From the NCBI GenBank assembly GCA_048550195.1, contig JBLYYR010000111.1, positions 10,224 to 74,223 of the forward strand: a DNA stretch of 64,000 nucleotides, written 5' to 3'. Made by a program: the position numbers and the translations under genes. Under the pieces are notes generated by a model, which ran no database searches, was not told the origin of the DNA, and saw nothing but the letters and a program-made list of their open reading frames with translations. Source of the stretch: Arenicellales bacterium. Its GTDB lineage: Bacteria; Pseudomonadota; Gammaproteobacteria; BMS3Bbin11. Positions 1 to 10,090 of the stretch are shown one piece after another (the first letter of the stretch is position 1; every line of letters begins with the position of its first letter).

Positions 1-713
1 CTGGTGAAGTATTTTCTGACTTTCCGGAATGATCTTTTCCGGCTGCCAGGCACCCGATTTGATAAACACAGGTAACCAGGCAAATTCATAACCCACACCC
101 GTCGGATTGCCTGCATCATCACGGCCCCAGTAAGTAACACCAGGCACCGCATCAGTCGTATCTTTCGTGATTTGACCTACTTCCAGAGCCTTGCTGTTGA
201 GCCATGCGTCGTGAATCGTGAACTCCAGCAGGATTGCCGGACGATCCGAGACAATGGCATCGAGTTCTTTTGCGGTCGGATGCGCACCGTAGATATCCGG
301 GTTCCAGCCAATACCGCGGATTACTTTCTCATCGGGATGTGAGTCCGCATATTCCTTGATCAATTTAAGGTATTCATCCTTGCTTTTAGCGGCATAAAGA
401 TCAACACCATAATTCATCCAGCGTGACGCAATGAGGTGATCATGGCCGCTCACGAAACCGGGTAACAACATCTTTCCATCCAGATTGACGACTTGTGTAC
501 TCTTTCCTTTCAGCTTTTCCACGCCAGCTGCATCGCCCACATAGACGATCTTATTGGCTTTGACTGCAACCGCCTCAGCCCAGGGTTGTTTCTGATCTAC
601 GGTGTATATTTTTCCATTCGTAAAAACGTAATCGGCGGATTCCGCAAGTGCGGTTTTTAGAGGCAAGATGATGCTGATGAAGATTAAGATGAAAACTCGT
701 GAAAAGGGCATGC
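1..713 (-). CDS. Metal-dependent amidohydrolase family protein. Only the N-terminal part, with its signal peptide, lies inside the window; the C-terminus runs off the left edge.
   Basis: Minus-strand translation from the ATG at 711-713 gives MPFSRVFILIFISIILPLKTALA..., then ...NLDGKMLLPGFVSGHDHLIAS..., which is the amidohydrolase metal-binding H-x-H region. The ORF is missing from the ORF track because no stop codon lies in the window. Confidence 0.6.
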
Positions 714-1630
714 AAACTCCAGTAGTGAGATCAGAACTGGAATATATTTTTTCATATTATTGAATACTTGACCAGATTTAGACGGTGAAATAGAGGGGTA
801 TTTCATATGAAGGCCATGGCCGTTATCAGACCATTATAAAACACACAACAAACGTCCACCTGACCACCGAATATCCGCCCATTCAAACTATCAGTTGAGG
901 CAAACTGCTCATATTCTTTCAACTAATGAAAAAAAGATGTTAGTCCCTCATTGCATCATCAGGTGGAATTCAAAAACTACCGGTGACTGATCTGATCACA
1001 TCAGGGAGAATCTCCTGATCAGACGGGTGTCGTATAATGGCATTACCTCAGCTTCCCAGGCTGACGACGTACCATCCTTCTCAATAGCAGACATTCAAGA
1101 TTACATACCGAGTATCTGCTCTTGGTCGGACAGCGACGTTTCACATTTTCCACGAAAATGTCCGCTTAGGAGAAATCTAAGTGTTATTGCGATTTCTTCG
1201 TTTTTGTTCTCTATGTCTCGATAGAAGACAATATCTTCTGGAATTGACAAAAACATAAAAAGACCTGATTTGGGTCGAAAACACGTATTCTGAAAAGTAC
1301 CATGATTGTCTGCTTTCACAGTAAGTAAAGTACAAAATTAACTGTATATGGCTATCCTTGACTAAAAAATTATTTTATTAAATGTGTGTTAATTGGCAAC
1401 CAAAATTGATCCGCGATGCCGTTGTAAAAAATAGGGGAGCGGCCTGCCGCTTATTTGAAACAGGGACGTCATCGTGAATTCATAGAAAGAAGTATGTAAA
1501 AACTTGTTGTTACGTGACGAAGATTGCAAAAAATACCCAGAATGCGTTTATTTGCGTCACGTTTTGGCCACGTTTATGGAATGCATGAACATTATTAAAA
1601 CATATAAGTAGTTGAATAATAGGTGTAAGA

Positions 1631-1707
1631 TGGTGCCCCGGAGACGATTCGAACGTCCGACCTGCCGCTTAGGAGGCGGCTGCTCTATCCAGCTGAGCTA
1701 CCGGGGC
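1631..1707 (-). tRNA. tRNA-Arg (anticodon CCU)
   Basis: The reverse complement is GCCCCGGTAGCTCAGCTGGATAGAGCAGCCGCCTCCTAAGCGGCAGGTCGGACGTTCGAATCGTCTCCGGGGCACCA. It folds as a 77-nt cloverleaf with a 7-bp acceptor stem, a GCTC/GAGC D-stem, the anticodon loop CTCCTAA (anticodon CCT), a TTCGAAT T-loop and a 3' CCA. Confidence 0.85.
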
Positions 1708-2069
1708 CTGTGTATCGCGGGTAGTATATTAGTTGTGGTCAGTTTGGTGAAGGGTATTTTCAGGTTCATCCGCAGATTTTATTTATCACTGTGATCTAGT
1801 TCCCTGATAGTGGTGAAATTATTCTGAAAATAGAGGCGACGTCCTCCCCGCCCCTGACAAATATCTGGCAAGATCCTGTGTATAATGGTAACTATAAACA
1901 ATAGAGCTAAATAAAATTGTCAAAGGTATATTATGGGGTTAAGAACACTCAACACAGATGCTGTGAGTGTAATCGGTTCGCATGAGGTTAAGCTATTAGC
2001 CTGTCCCTGTTGTCAGGCTAAGTTTTCCGACAGACTTTCATTAGCTTTAAGAATGGCTGGTTACTGTTA

Positions 2070-3131
2070 GTGCCAGGCTCACCCCCCTCCGTCGAGAATC
2101 CGCTGGTAAGCGTCATTATCAGCAATTACAACTATGGCCGTTATCTGGGGGATGCAATCAAAAGTGTTCTCGGTCAGACATATTCAAAAATTGAAGTTAT
2201 CGTTGTCGACGATGGATCTACTGACGAATCTCATGAGGTGATTTCCTCCTTTGAGGGACAGATAACGGCGCTGTATCGCGATCACCAGGGCCAATGTGCC
2301 GCTCTTAACGCAGGTTTTCCTGTAAGCTGCGGTGACGTAGTCGTATTTCTGGATTCAGACGATTGTCTGGTCGCTGATGCCATCGATCGACACGTCATGC
2401 CCTTCAAGGACAATAGTGAGATAACCAAATGCCAGGGTTATATGAACGCAGTGGATGCAAAGGGCAGGCCATTGGGGAAAAAGGTTCCACTCCAGTTATC
2501 ACCATCAGGTGACTACAAAGATGTGACATTGAAGCAGGGCCCTTCAATATGCAATCATGCATGGTCTTCCGGCAATGCATGGGCACGCTGGTTTATTGAA
2601 CAAGTCTTTCCCTTACCTGAGGATGTCGAGAATAGTGTTTTTCCCGATGGTTGTTTGAACCCACTGGCAGCGCTATACGGACCAATTGTTACACTTGAAA
2701 AGCCTGTTGCAGACTACCGCATACACGGGCACAACAAGGGGCCCATCGGAAGTGAATTCAGTGTGCCGTCTCTGAGCAAAAATCTTTTTAGAAAGCGCAA
2801 CAACTATGAATTTGTCGCTAAACGTGCAGAAAGCCTCGGTCTTAAACCACCCCTTGAGGACTGGTTCAAAGGCAGATCATACTGGAAGGATAACTTGATG
2901 GTCTACGCCATCAGCCTTATGGATGCATCGCAAAAGAAACCGCGATTCCATGAAGTGGTGTTAGCACCCTTCGTAACCGGAGGCGTTGGTATATTGAAGG
3001 CCTCATCCCTGGCCCTGATGTTAACTATTATCTGGTTGAGCCCACGCAAGCAGTCACTTGAGATGATACGCCGCTTGCTACGTATCCCTGAGTCACAAAA
3101 GATACACACCATAGGCACGAATGCGAACTAA
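2070..3131 (+). CDS. Family 2 glycosyltransferase
   Basis: The N-terminus reads LVSVIISNYNYGRYLGDAIKSVLGQTY...VVDDGSTDES...LDSDD, which is a GT-A fold with a DxD motif. The start codon is GTG. Confidence 0.8.
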   Translation: MPGSPPSVENPLVSVIISNYNYGRYLGDAIKSVLGQTYSKIEVIVVDDGSTDESHEVISSFEGQITALYRDHQGQCAALNAGFPVSCGDVVVFLDSDDCLVADAIDRHVMPFKDNSEITKCQGYMNAVDAKGRPLGKKVPLQLSPSGDYKDVTLKQGPSICNHAWSSGNAWARWFIEQVFPLPEDVENSVFPDGCLNPLAALYGPIVTLEKPVADYRIHGHNKGPIGSEFSVPSLSKNLFRKRNNYEFVAKRAESLGLKPPLEDWFKGRSYWKDNLMVYAISLMDASQKKPRFHEVVLAPFVTGGVGILKASSLALMLTIIWLSPRKQSLEMIRRLLRIPESQKIHTIGTNAN

Positions 3132-4278
3132 TCTGGAGAATGACGCCCCTCTGGTGTCAGTAATCATTCCTGCGTTTAATGCAGCCACGACTATAAAACG
3201 TACCATACAGTCGGTTCTGGCGCAGACCTACCCGCATTTCGAGATACTGGTTATCGATGACGGGTCTTCTGATGGAACCAGTGATGTCGTCAACAATCTG
3301 GCTGCTGGTGATGAGCGCATCAAACTATTGCAACAGGAAAACCAGGGGGTGGCAGCTGCCCGTAATTTTGGTATCAGAAACGCCAGAGGCGACTATATAG
3401 CACCGCTGGATGCGGATGATCTCTGGTTACCGGATAAGCTTGAGAAACAGGTCGCTGTAATGCGTGAGGGCCCATCTACAGTCGGTCTGGTATACACATG
3501 GTCGATTCAGATCTTCGATGATATGCGTTTGCGTAATTTAGCCAAAGGCTGGGAGGAAGAGGGATCGGTATTTTTGCCATTACTACTCGGTAACTTTCTT
3601 TCTAATGCAAGTAACCCACTCATCTGCCGTGAGTGCTTTGATCGTGTAGGAATGTACAATTCGGAGTTCCTTGAACTTGATGCCCATGGGTGCGAGGACT
3701 GGGATATCTATTTGAGGATTGCCGAACACTATGAGTTCAGGGTGGTTCCCGAGCACCTTACCGGCTACTGGCAAACAGCGGAGAGTATGTCTGCAGACTG
3801 GAAGCTGATGGATCGTTCCTATGGCCTGCTCATGGAATGGGTACGAACACGGCACCCGGAAATTCCAGCATTTGTTTTTCGCTGGTCAAAAAGTAACTAT
3901 CTCTTTTACCTTGCAAACAAGGCTGCACGGGCACAACAGACCGCCGACTCACTTCTCCTGCTGTCGAAGGCTGCTGCTTTGGATCCCTACATGTTAACGA
4001 ACCGTCGCTTGCAGCGCATGGTTGCCAAAAATTTGCTTCATACGGTTCGGGGTGCAAGAATTCCCTCTCCAACGGGTAGCTTGCAAAATAATCAGACTCA
4101 ATTAAATCAGATTTTTAGAAGCCGGGTGAATAAAAAGCCAGCTGCGGGAGTATTCTGGACAAATCTGATGAAGCAACGTACGAATCAGCTCGCACAGCTT
4201 CAGAAGGAATTGAGGCTTGATGTGATTGCAAGCAGTGATAACAATGAGTCCTGTCACAGGTTGAAGTCTGAAGCGTAA
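3121..4278 (+). CDS. Family 2 glycosyltransferase
   Basis: PLVSVIIPAFNAATTIKRTIQSVLAQTYPHFEILVIDDGSSDGT...LDADD. The gene overlaps the upstream GT2 gene by 11 bp, which fits an operon. Confidence 0.8.
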   Translation: MRTNLENDAPLVSVIIPAFNAATTIKRTIQSVLAQTYPHFEILVIDDGSSDGTSDVVNNLAAGDERIKLLQQENQGVAAARNFGIRNARGDYIAPLDADDLWLPDKLEKQVAVMREGPSTVGLVYTWSIQIFDDMRLRNLAKGWEEEGSVFLPLLLGNFLSNASNPLICRECFDRVGMYNSEFLELDAHGCEDWDIYLRIAEHYEFRVVPEHLTGYWQTAESMSADWKLMDRSYGLLMEWVRTRHPEIPAFVFRWSKSNYLFYLANKAARAQQTADSLLLLSKAAALDPYMLTNRRLQRMVAKNLLHTVRGARIPSPTGSLQNNQTQLNQIFRSRVNKKPAAGVFWTNLMKQRTNQLAQLQKELRLDVIASSDNNESCHRLKSEA

Positions 4279-6926
4279 TGGTTGCCCGAATAAAAGTCCT
4301 TGAGGTTGAACTTAGCCGCCCAATTAAAGACCTGGACGGCCTGCACGGCTATGCAAGCCTTCATGCACTGGTTCGCTGGAATAGCACTCCAGTGGGTTAT
4401 ATCGATGTGCCGCTTAGCAATGGGATCTGTACGGCTTCCGCTCTACGCGCTGCTGTCAATCGTGCGCATAGTCATAACCTGCTGCAGACTATGATTCGTC
4501 GACGTATTGATGAGCCTGTAAATGAAAACCCCAGTTTAGAAAAGAATGACAGCAAAGCCGCCTTGAACCTTGCAGCCATTGTCAAGAATCCATTGGTAAC
4601 TGTGGCTGTGTGTACACGAGATCGTGTCGAGCAACTAAAAGACTGTTTAAATTCGCTGACAAAACTTGCATACAGCAACATCGAAATCCTTGTCGTTGAT
4701 AATGCACCGGAAACTGATGAAACAAAGAAGCTTGTGCAGGCATCATTCCCCGGTTTTCGCTACGTGCTTGAACCGCGACCCGGTCTGGACTGGGCGCGTA
4801 ACCGCGCTATTGAAGAAGCCAATGGAGAAATAATCACCTACACCGATGATGATGTAATCGTCGATCCATTATGGATTGATGCTCTGGTGAAAGTTTTTCA
4901 GGATGACCCCGGTGTAATGGCGGTAACCGGCCTGGTAGCACCCTATGAGATGGACACTCATGCACAGATATTGTTTGAACGCTATGGCGGTTTTGGACGT
5001 GGTTTCAAACGGCGATGGTACCAGGTCGATAAGGTGAATCGAAAAGGGAAATCTTTCCATTATGGTGCCGGTCAGTTCGGAACCGGTGCCAATATGGCCT
5101 ATCGCAAAATAGTGTTTGAGAAGGTCGGTGTTTTCGATCCGGCACTTGATGTTGGGACGGTCACTAATGGCGGCGGTGATCTGGAAATGTTTTTTCGGGT
5201 ACTGGAAGAAGGCTACATGCTTGTCTATGAGCCATCCGCACTGGTCTGGCATCGGCATAGGAAAAGTATCGAAGAACTCCGCGTGCAGCTGACAAATCAT
5301 GGCATCGGTTTCTACTCTTTTCTTGTGCGCAGTGCCGAGGCCTATCCACAACATCGTTGGTCAATTTCCCGCTTTGGCCTGTGGTGGTTCTGGCACTGGA
5401 ATGTTCGACGTCTTTTAAAAAGCTTCATTATCACCCAGCGTGTACCGAGGGACATGATATTTGCTGAGTCAGGTGGAGCTCTAACAGGGTTGACCCGTTA
5501 CGCAAAGGCAAGGTCCAGAGCTGATGAAATTTCACATACTTATGTGAGTGAGAAGCAGTCAAGGATCAAAAATAATCGGCATCCCGATACATCGCTGCAG
5601 ATACATGATCACCCTAATACACCACAGACCAGAAAACCCACGGCTATTCGAACTGTGGATATTTCATGTCCGTTGCATGCTATCGATGATCTGTCGGAAT
5701 ACTCATCCTGTCGCATTTTTGTATTTCAGGGAGAGCGTTTACTGGGGAAGGTCGATATCAAAAGCACCTGGCAGTCAATTTCGCCAGCACGCTTGTGTGA
5801 TGCAATCACAGAGAAAATCGGCTGGAAACTAACGACACTTTTTTTGGGCAACGATTGTACACACCCGGAGTTACCGCTGATTGAGGGTGGCGCCCCTGCA
5901 CTCACTATACCTCGACTATCCAGATTATCATCTTCTATAAGTGTGTCGGTAGTGCTTGCCACTTTTGATCGACCAGAACAGCTAAGACAATGTCTGCAGT
6001 CATTGCAACATCAGGAAACACAGCGCAAGATAGAGATCGTGGTGGTGGATAACCATCCTTCGTCAGGGATGACATCGCCAGTAGTGGCAGAGTTTCCCGA
6101 AGTAGTTCTTGTAACAGAAGCTCGCAAGGGCCTTTCCTATGCAAGGAATGCGGGCTTCATCCATAGCAGTGGAGAGATAGTCGTAGCGACAGATGATGAT
6201 GTCATTATGCCTCCTCAATGGATAGAAAAATTGGTTGTACCATTTGAGCGAAATGATGTCGCCGCAGTAACCGGTAATGTTCTACCGCGTGAACTGGAAA
6301 CTGAATCTCAGTACTTTTTCGAGGCATATGGTGGGCTAGGACGGGGATTTGAAGACAGGGAAGCGGGACCAGCATGGTTTAGAAAATCACGAAGAAGAGC
6401 GGCCCCTACATGGCAACTTGGTGCTACTGCAAATGCAGCATTTAGAGCGGAAATTTTCAGAAACCCTGAAATTGGCTTGCTGGATGAAGCTTTGGGGGCA
6501 GGGATGCCTACCGGGTGCAGCGAGGACACATATCTTTTTTACAGAATAATTAAAGCTGGTTCGACTATTGTCTATAACCCGAATTCCTATGTATGGCATA
6601 CCCATCGGCGCGATAGAAATGCGTTGCGATCACAAATTTACAATTACAGTAAGGGGCATGTGGCCTATCATCTTACAACACTGCTACGCGATGGTGATCG
6701 TCGAGCGCTATTTCGTCTTTTTGTTGAGCTGCCGCAAACGTATATTAAGAGAGCATATCAACGATTGCGGGGTCGCAGTAATTACCCCATTTCACTCATA
6801 CTACTGGAGATTTGGGGTAACATGGTGGGTCCCTTCGCGCTCTGGCGATCTCGTCGCCGTGTTCGCCGTGAAGGTCGAAGCGAATTCCCGACAAGCGCTG
6901 ATCATCCTGTTTCTGATGTAGAATAA
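4278..6926 (+). CDS. Large 882-aa glycosyltransferase with two tandem GT2 domains
   Basis: There are two separate GT2 N-terminal signatures. The first is LVTVAVCTRDRVEQLKDCLNSL...VVDNAP...TDDDV and the second is ISVSVVLATFDRPEQLRQCLQSL...VVDNHP...TDDDV. The start codon overlaps the stop of the upstream gene. Confidence 0.75.
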   Translation: MVARIKVLEVELSRPIKDLDGLHGYASLHALVRWNSTPVGYIDVPLSNGICTASALRAAVNRAHSHNLLQTMIRRRIDEPVNENPSLEKNDSKAALNLAAIVKNPLVTVAVCTRDRVEQLKDCLNSLTKLAYSNIEILVVDNAPETDETKKLVQASFPGFRYVLEPRPGLDWARNRAIEEANGEIITYTDDDVIVDPLWIDALVKVFQDDPGVMAVTGLVAPYEMDTHAQILFERYGGFGRGFKRRWYQVDKVNRKGKSFHYGAGQFGTGANMAYRKIVFEKVGVFDPALDVGTVTNGGGDLEMFFRVLEEGYMLVYEPSALVWHRHRKSIEELRVQLTNHGIGFYSFLVRSAEAYPQHRWSISRFGLWWFWHWNVRRLLKSFIITQRVPRDMIFAESGGALTGLTRYAKARSRADEISHTYVSEKQSRIKNNRHPDTSLQIHDHPNTPQTRKPTAIRTVDISCPLHAIDDLSEYSSCRIFVFQGERLLGKVDIKSTWQSISPARLCDAITEKIGWKLTTLFLGNDCTHPELPLIEGGAPALTIPRLSRLSSSISVSVVLATFDRPEQLRQCLQSLQHQETQRKIEIVVVDNHPSSGMTSPVVAEFPEVVLVTEARKGLSYARNAGFIHSSGEIVVATDDDVIMPPQWIEKLVVPFERNDVAAVTGNVLPRELETESQYFFEAYGGLGRGFEDREAGPAWFRKSRRRAAPTWQLGATANAAFRAEIFRNPEIGLLDEALGAGMPTGCSEDTYLFYRIIKAGSTIVYNPNSYVWHTHRRDRNALRSQIYNYSKGHVAYHLTTLLRDGDRRALFRLFVELPQTYIKRAYQRLRGRSNYPISLILLEIWGNMVGPFALWRSRRRVRREGRSEFPTSADHPVSDVE

Positions 6927-6995
6927 GATGCTCAGTATTTGAGACTGATTATTTAAACTTACGTTGATCTGACTTGTACTTGCAAATGATTCCTT

Positions 6996-7766
6996 ATGAC
7001 TAATTCCCGTTTAATCTACTATCGTGACCTGATCCGTGAACTTGTGTTACGTGATATAAAAATTCGATATAAGCGGTCAGCCCTGGGCTTTGCGTGGACG
7101 CTGGCTAACCCATTGCTCTATCTCGTGGTTTTCTATTTTGTCTTCAAGATTGCGTTAGATATCAATATTCCCAGATTTGGAGTATTTGCCTTCACCGGGA
7201 TTCTAGCCTGGGGCTGGTTTCAATCGTCCCTGGCACAGAGTGCCGGGGCCATCGTTAGTAGTCGGGAGTTAGTCCGCTCCCCCGGTTTTTCCCCTGCTGT
7301 GCTGCCGATTGTGATTGTTACCAGCAACCTGGTGAATTTTCTTGTCGCACTTGTTGTGTTGCTGGCCTACCAGCTGATTGTGGGAACCGGCATAGGCTGG
7401 CAGGTCTGGCCTCTGCCTTTATTGATCGCCTTACAGTTTATTCTCACCTTGAGCATAGCTTATGTGATTGCCGCGTTAAACGTAGTGTTTCGGGATGTCG
7501 GACATCTTGTCGCTGTACTTTTACATTTAATGTTTTTCCTGACGCCAATTTTTTATGACGCCAGTATGATTCCGGACAAATTTCAGATGTTTTATCGCCT
7601 CAATCCTATGGTGCATTTTGTCGAATCCTATCGTAGCGTATTACTTAACGACACTGGCCTAAACTGGTGGCCAATCGCAATTATCGGGTGCTTTTCAATT
7701 CTCCTTTTATTCATCGGTAGAGCTCTGTTTATTAAACTTAGCTTCCGCTTTGCTGAAGAGATCTAA
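6996..7766 (+). CDS. wzm: ABC-2 type polysaccharide exporter permease (Wzm-like)
   Basis: The protein is a 256-aa polytopic membrane protein whose N-terminus reads LIRELVLRDIKIRYKRSALGFAWTLANPLL, typical of an ABC-2 permease. A Wzt-type ATPase follows immediately. Confidence 0.8.
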   Translation: MTNSRLIYYRDLIRELVLRDIKIRYKRSALGFAWTLANPLLYLVVFYFVFKIALDINIPRFGVFAFTGILAWGWFQSSLAQSAGAIVSSRELVRSPGFSPAVLPIVIVTSNLVNFLVALVVLLAYQLIVGTGIGWQVWPLPLLIALQFILTLSIAYVIAALNVVFRDVGHLVAVLLHLMFFLTPIFYDASMIPDKFQMFYRLNPMVHFVESYRSVLLNDTGLNWWPIAIIGCFSILLLFIGRALFIKLSFRFAEEI

Positions 7767-7769
7767 TTC

Positions 7770-9005
7770 ATGGAAAACCCCATCCAGGTTGTTGGTCTTC
7801 GTAAGGGTTTTGTACGCCACCATAAACTCAGGCCTCGCACCTTAAAGGAAGCCATTATTCGCAGGCAGTATTTACACAATAAGGATACTTACTTTCTTGC
7901 GCTGGATCAGGTTAGCCTTGAGGTCCATCCCGGTGAGATTGTCGGTATCATTGGCCGCAATGGAGCGGGAAAATCCACCTTGTTGCGGTTAATCGGTGGG
8001 GTAGGACGGCCAGATGAAGGGCATATTAAGGTTAATGGAAAAATAGGCGCCTTGCTTGAGCTTGGTGCCGGTTTTCATCCCGAATTGACCGGACGAGAAA
8101 ACGTATTCATTAATGGGATCATCGCGGGGCTGACACGAGACGAAGTAGCAGATCGCTTATTCGACATCGTAAACTTTGCCGAGCTGGAAGATTCAATCGA
8201 CAATCCGTTGCGTACATATAGTTCAGGTATGCAGCTTCGTCTTGCCTTTGCGGTAAGTGTGCACACATCCCCTGATGTCCTGCTTATCGATGAGGTACTT
8301 GCTGTCGGCGATATTGCATTCCAGCGCAAGTGCCTTGAGCGCATTGATATGTTTAAGCAAAGGGGCTGTGCCATCCTGATAGTCTCACATGATATAGTGC
8401 AGGTCAGAGATTTATGTGACCGGGTGATCTGGATGCGTGATGGGCGTGTCGTTGCTGCAGGCGAGCCACAGGATGTTGTTGATCAGTATGAAAACTCCAT
8501 GATGGCTGAGACAGAAAAGCGGGGTCAGGCCAGGGAAGCGAACTACCGTTCTCAATCGAGTCATGAATTAGAACTCAATGTGAATAGAGAAGGGACTATG
8601 GAAATGGAGATTCTTGGTGCCCAGCTGCTGGCCAGCAACAGGGAACCTGTAAGCGAATTGAAAAACGGTAATGCCCTGATAGTGGAGATTGCCTATGCAC
8701 CGAGCAAGCGCGTGCCATCACCGATATTTTCTGTAACGATTAGTGATGAAAAAGGGGAAATATGTCTTGATACCAACACGGCTCATCTGGAGATGCCCGA
8801 TATTGCAGACAATGGCACTGTACGCGTACATTTCGACAGGCTTGATTTAACAGCAGGCAAGTATTTTGTGGACGTTGGTGCCTACGCGGCTGACTGGGGG
8901 CGTGTTTACGATTACCATTGGCATGTATACCCCCTGGTTATACAGGACACTGATCCGCACAGAGGTGTTCTGAACCCACCGCATAAATGGGAATTATCCA
9001 GCTAG
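7770..9005 (+). CDS. wzt: Polysaccharide ABC exporter ATP-binding protein (Wzt-like) with a C-terminal carbohydrate-binding extension
   Basis: Walker A is GRNGAGKST, the ABC signature is YSSGMQLRLAF and Walker B is LLIDEVLAVGD. A roughly 150-aa C-terminal beta-rich extension, which is typical of Wzt proteins, follows. Confidence 0.8.
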   Translation: MENPIQVVGLRKGFVRHHKLRPRTLKEAIIRRQYLHNKDTYFLALDQVSLEVHPGEIVGIIGRNGAGKSTLLRLIGGVGRPDEGHIKVNGKIGALLELGAGFHPELTGRENVFINGIIAGLTRDEVADRLFDIVNFAELEDSIDNPLRTYSSGMQLRLAFAVSVHTSPDVLLIDEVLAVGDIAFQRKCLERIDMFKQRGCAILIVSHDIVQVRDLCDRVIWMRDGRVVAAGEPQDVVDQYENSMMAETEKRGQAREANYRSQSSHELELNVNREGTMEMEILGAQLLASNREPVSELKNGNALIVEIAYAPSKRVPSPIFSVTISDEKGEICLDTNTAHLEMPDIADNGTVRVHFDRLDLTAGKYFVDVGAYAADWGRVYDYHWHVYPLVIQDTDPHRGVLNPPHKWELSS

Positions 9006-9149
9006 GTTTACTTCCTACGAAAAAAATAAAGCCTGTCGGGCAAGAGACCTGTATCAGTCTGTTCCGCTATAATTACGCCTGCTGTAACATTGAGAGACTG
9101 TAATATCTTATTAATAACCGTGTCACAAAAATCAACAGAAAAACAGTAG

Positions 9150-9746
9150 ATGTCTTCAGATCTGGATACTGCAAGCGTCCTGCTTAAGACGGCCAGACAA
9201 CGCTCATCGCCAAATTGTGATGAGCGGCCTGAAGGTATGGATATTGAAGCATTGATCATTCATGCCATCAGCCTGCCGCCAGGTGAATACGGTGGAGATT
9301 TTGTCGAACAATTTTTCTGTAATGAACTTGAGGTATCCAGGCATTGTTACTTTAACGAGATCTCAGAGCTTAAAGTTTCTTCACATTTTTATATCCATCG
9401 CAATGGTGAGCTGGTGCAGTTTGTGCCGGTTCACATGCGGGCCTGGCACGCGGGTAAATCCTGCTGTATGCAGCGTGAAGCTGTAAATGATTTTTCTATC
9501 GGTATTGAGCTGGAAGGTTGCGATGACGATACTTTTGAAGACCTCCAGTATCAGTCTTTGATTGAGCTGTCCCGTACCTTAATCTCGGCAATACCGACAC
9601 TTTCTGCCGAACATGTATATGGCCATGCCGATATTGCCCCGGGTAGAAAAACAGATCCGGGTCCCCGGTTTGACTGGCAGGCCTACCGGACTGCTCTGTT
9701 GTCGCAGGAATACCCGCTAGCCTCGAAAGATAGTGAAAATCTGTGA
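9150..9746 (+). CDS. ampD: 1,6-anhydro-N-acetylmuramyl-L-alanine amidase AmpD
   Basis: The amidase_2 zinc site is present, with CDERPEG...LIIHAISLPPGEYGG...HAGKS...GHADIAPGRKTDPGP. Confidence 0.8.
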   Translation: MSSDLDTASVLLKTARQRSSPNCDERPEGMDIEALIIHAISLPPGEYGGDFVEQFFCNELEVSRHCYFNEISELKVSSHFYIHRNGELVQFVPVHMRAWHAGKSCCMQREAVNDFSIGIELEGCDDDTFEDLQYQSLIELSRTLISAIPTLSAEHVYGHADIAPGRKTDPGPRFDWQAYRTALLSQEYPLASKDSENL

Positions 9747-10090
9747 TTAGGTTAGCTGATTCACTGCAGGCATGGGGTACGACTGGGTTTGATGATGTAT
9801 TCAAGGAGGAGGCAGAGGGGCTGGATAGCGAGCAACTCCTATTGCAAAAGGCCCTGACGCAAAGCAGTTTCGTATCCGATAAGGATTTCACTATCGTGAT
9901 TTTGAACATGTCTGAAACACCTGAAGCCATTGAAGTGAAAGCAGGCATTTTCTACACCGGCATCATCGCCGGGAGCTGTTGTGCAGATGACCCCTCGCCA
10001 GTGGACGAACTGACTGAATACTGTGAAATACGGTTTGTGATTAATAAATCTACGGCTGAAGCAACAATAACGCTGCTGCAGGATCAATGA
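9743..10090 (+). CDS. Hypothetical acidic protein of 115 aa
   Basis: The ORF overlaps the ampD stop at its 5' end. At its 3' end it overlaps the start of the downstream outer-membrane protein (OMP) by 4 bp (ATGA). I recognised no motif. The start codon is uncertain. Confidence 0.35.
   Translation: MIRLADSLQAWGTTGFDDVFKEEAEGLDSEQLLLQKALTQSSFVSDKDFTIVILNMSETPEAIEVKAGIFYTGIIAGSCCADDPSPVDELTEYCEIRFVINKSTAEATITLLQDQ

Noticed and set aside
1027-1319. Small ORFs of 65 and 72 aa near the tRNA, considered as integrase or phage remnants.
   Set aside because: There are no integrase or recombinase motifs (no R..H..R..Y signature). Composition is typical of non-coding AT-rich DNA.
1612-1794. 60-aa plus-strand ORF.
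   Set aside because: It overlaps the tRNA-Arg gene on the opposite strand, so it is spurious.
4869-5354. 161-aa minus-strand ORF.
   Set aside because: It is antisense inside the double-GT2 gene. The sense frame carries clear GT2 motifs.
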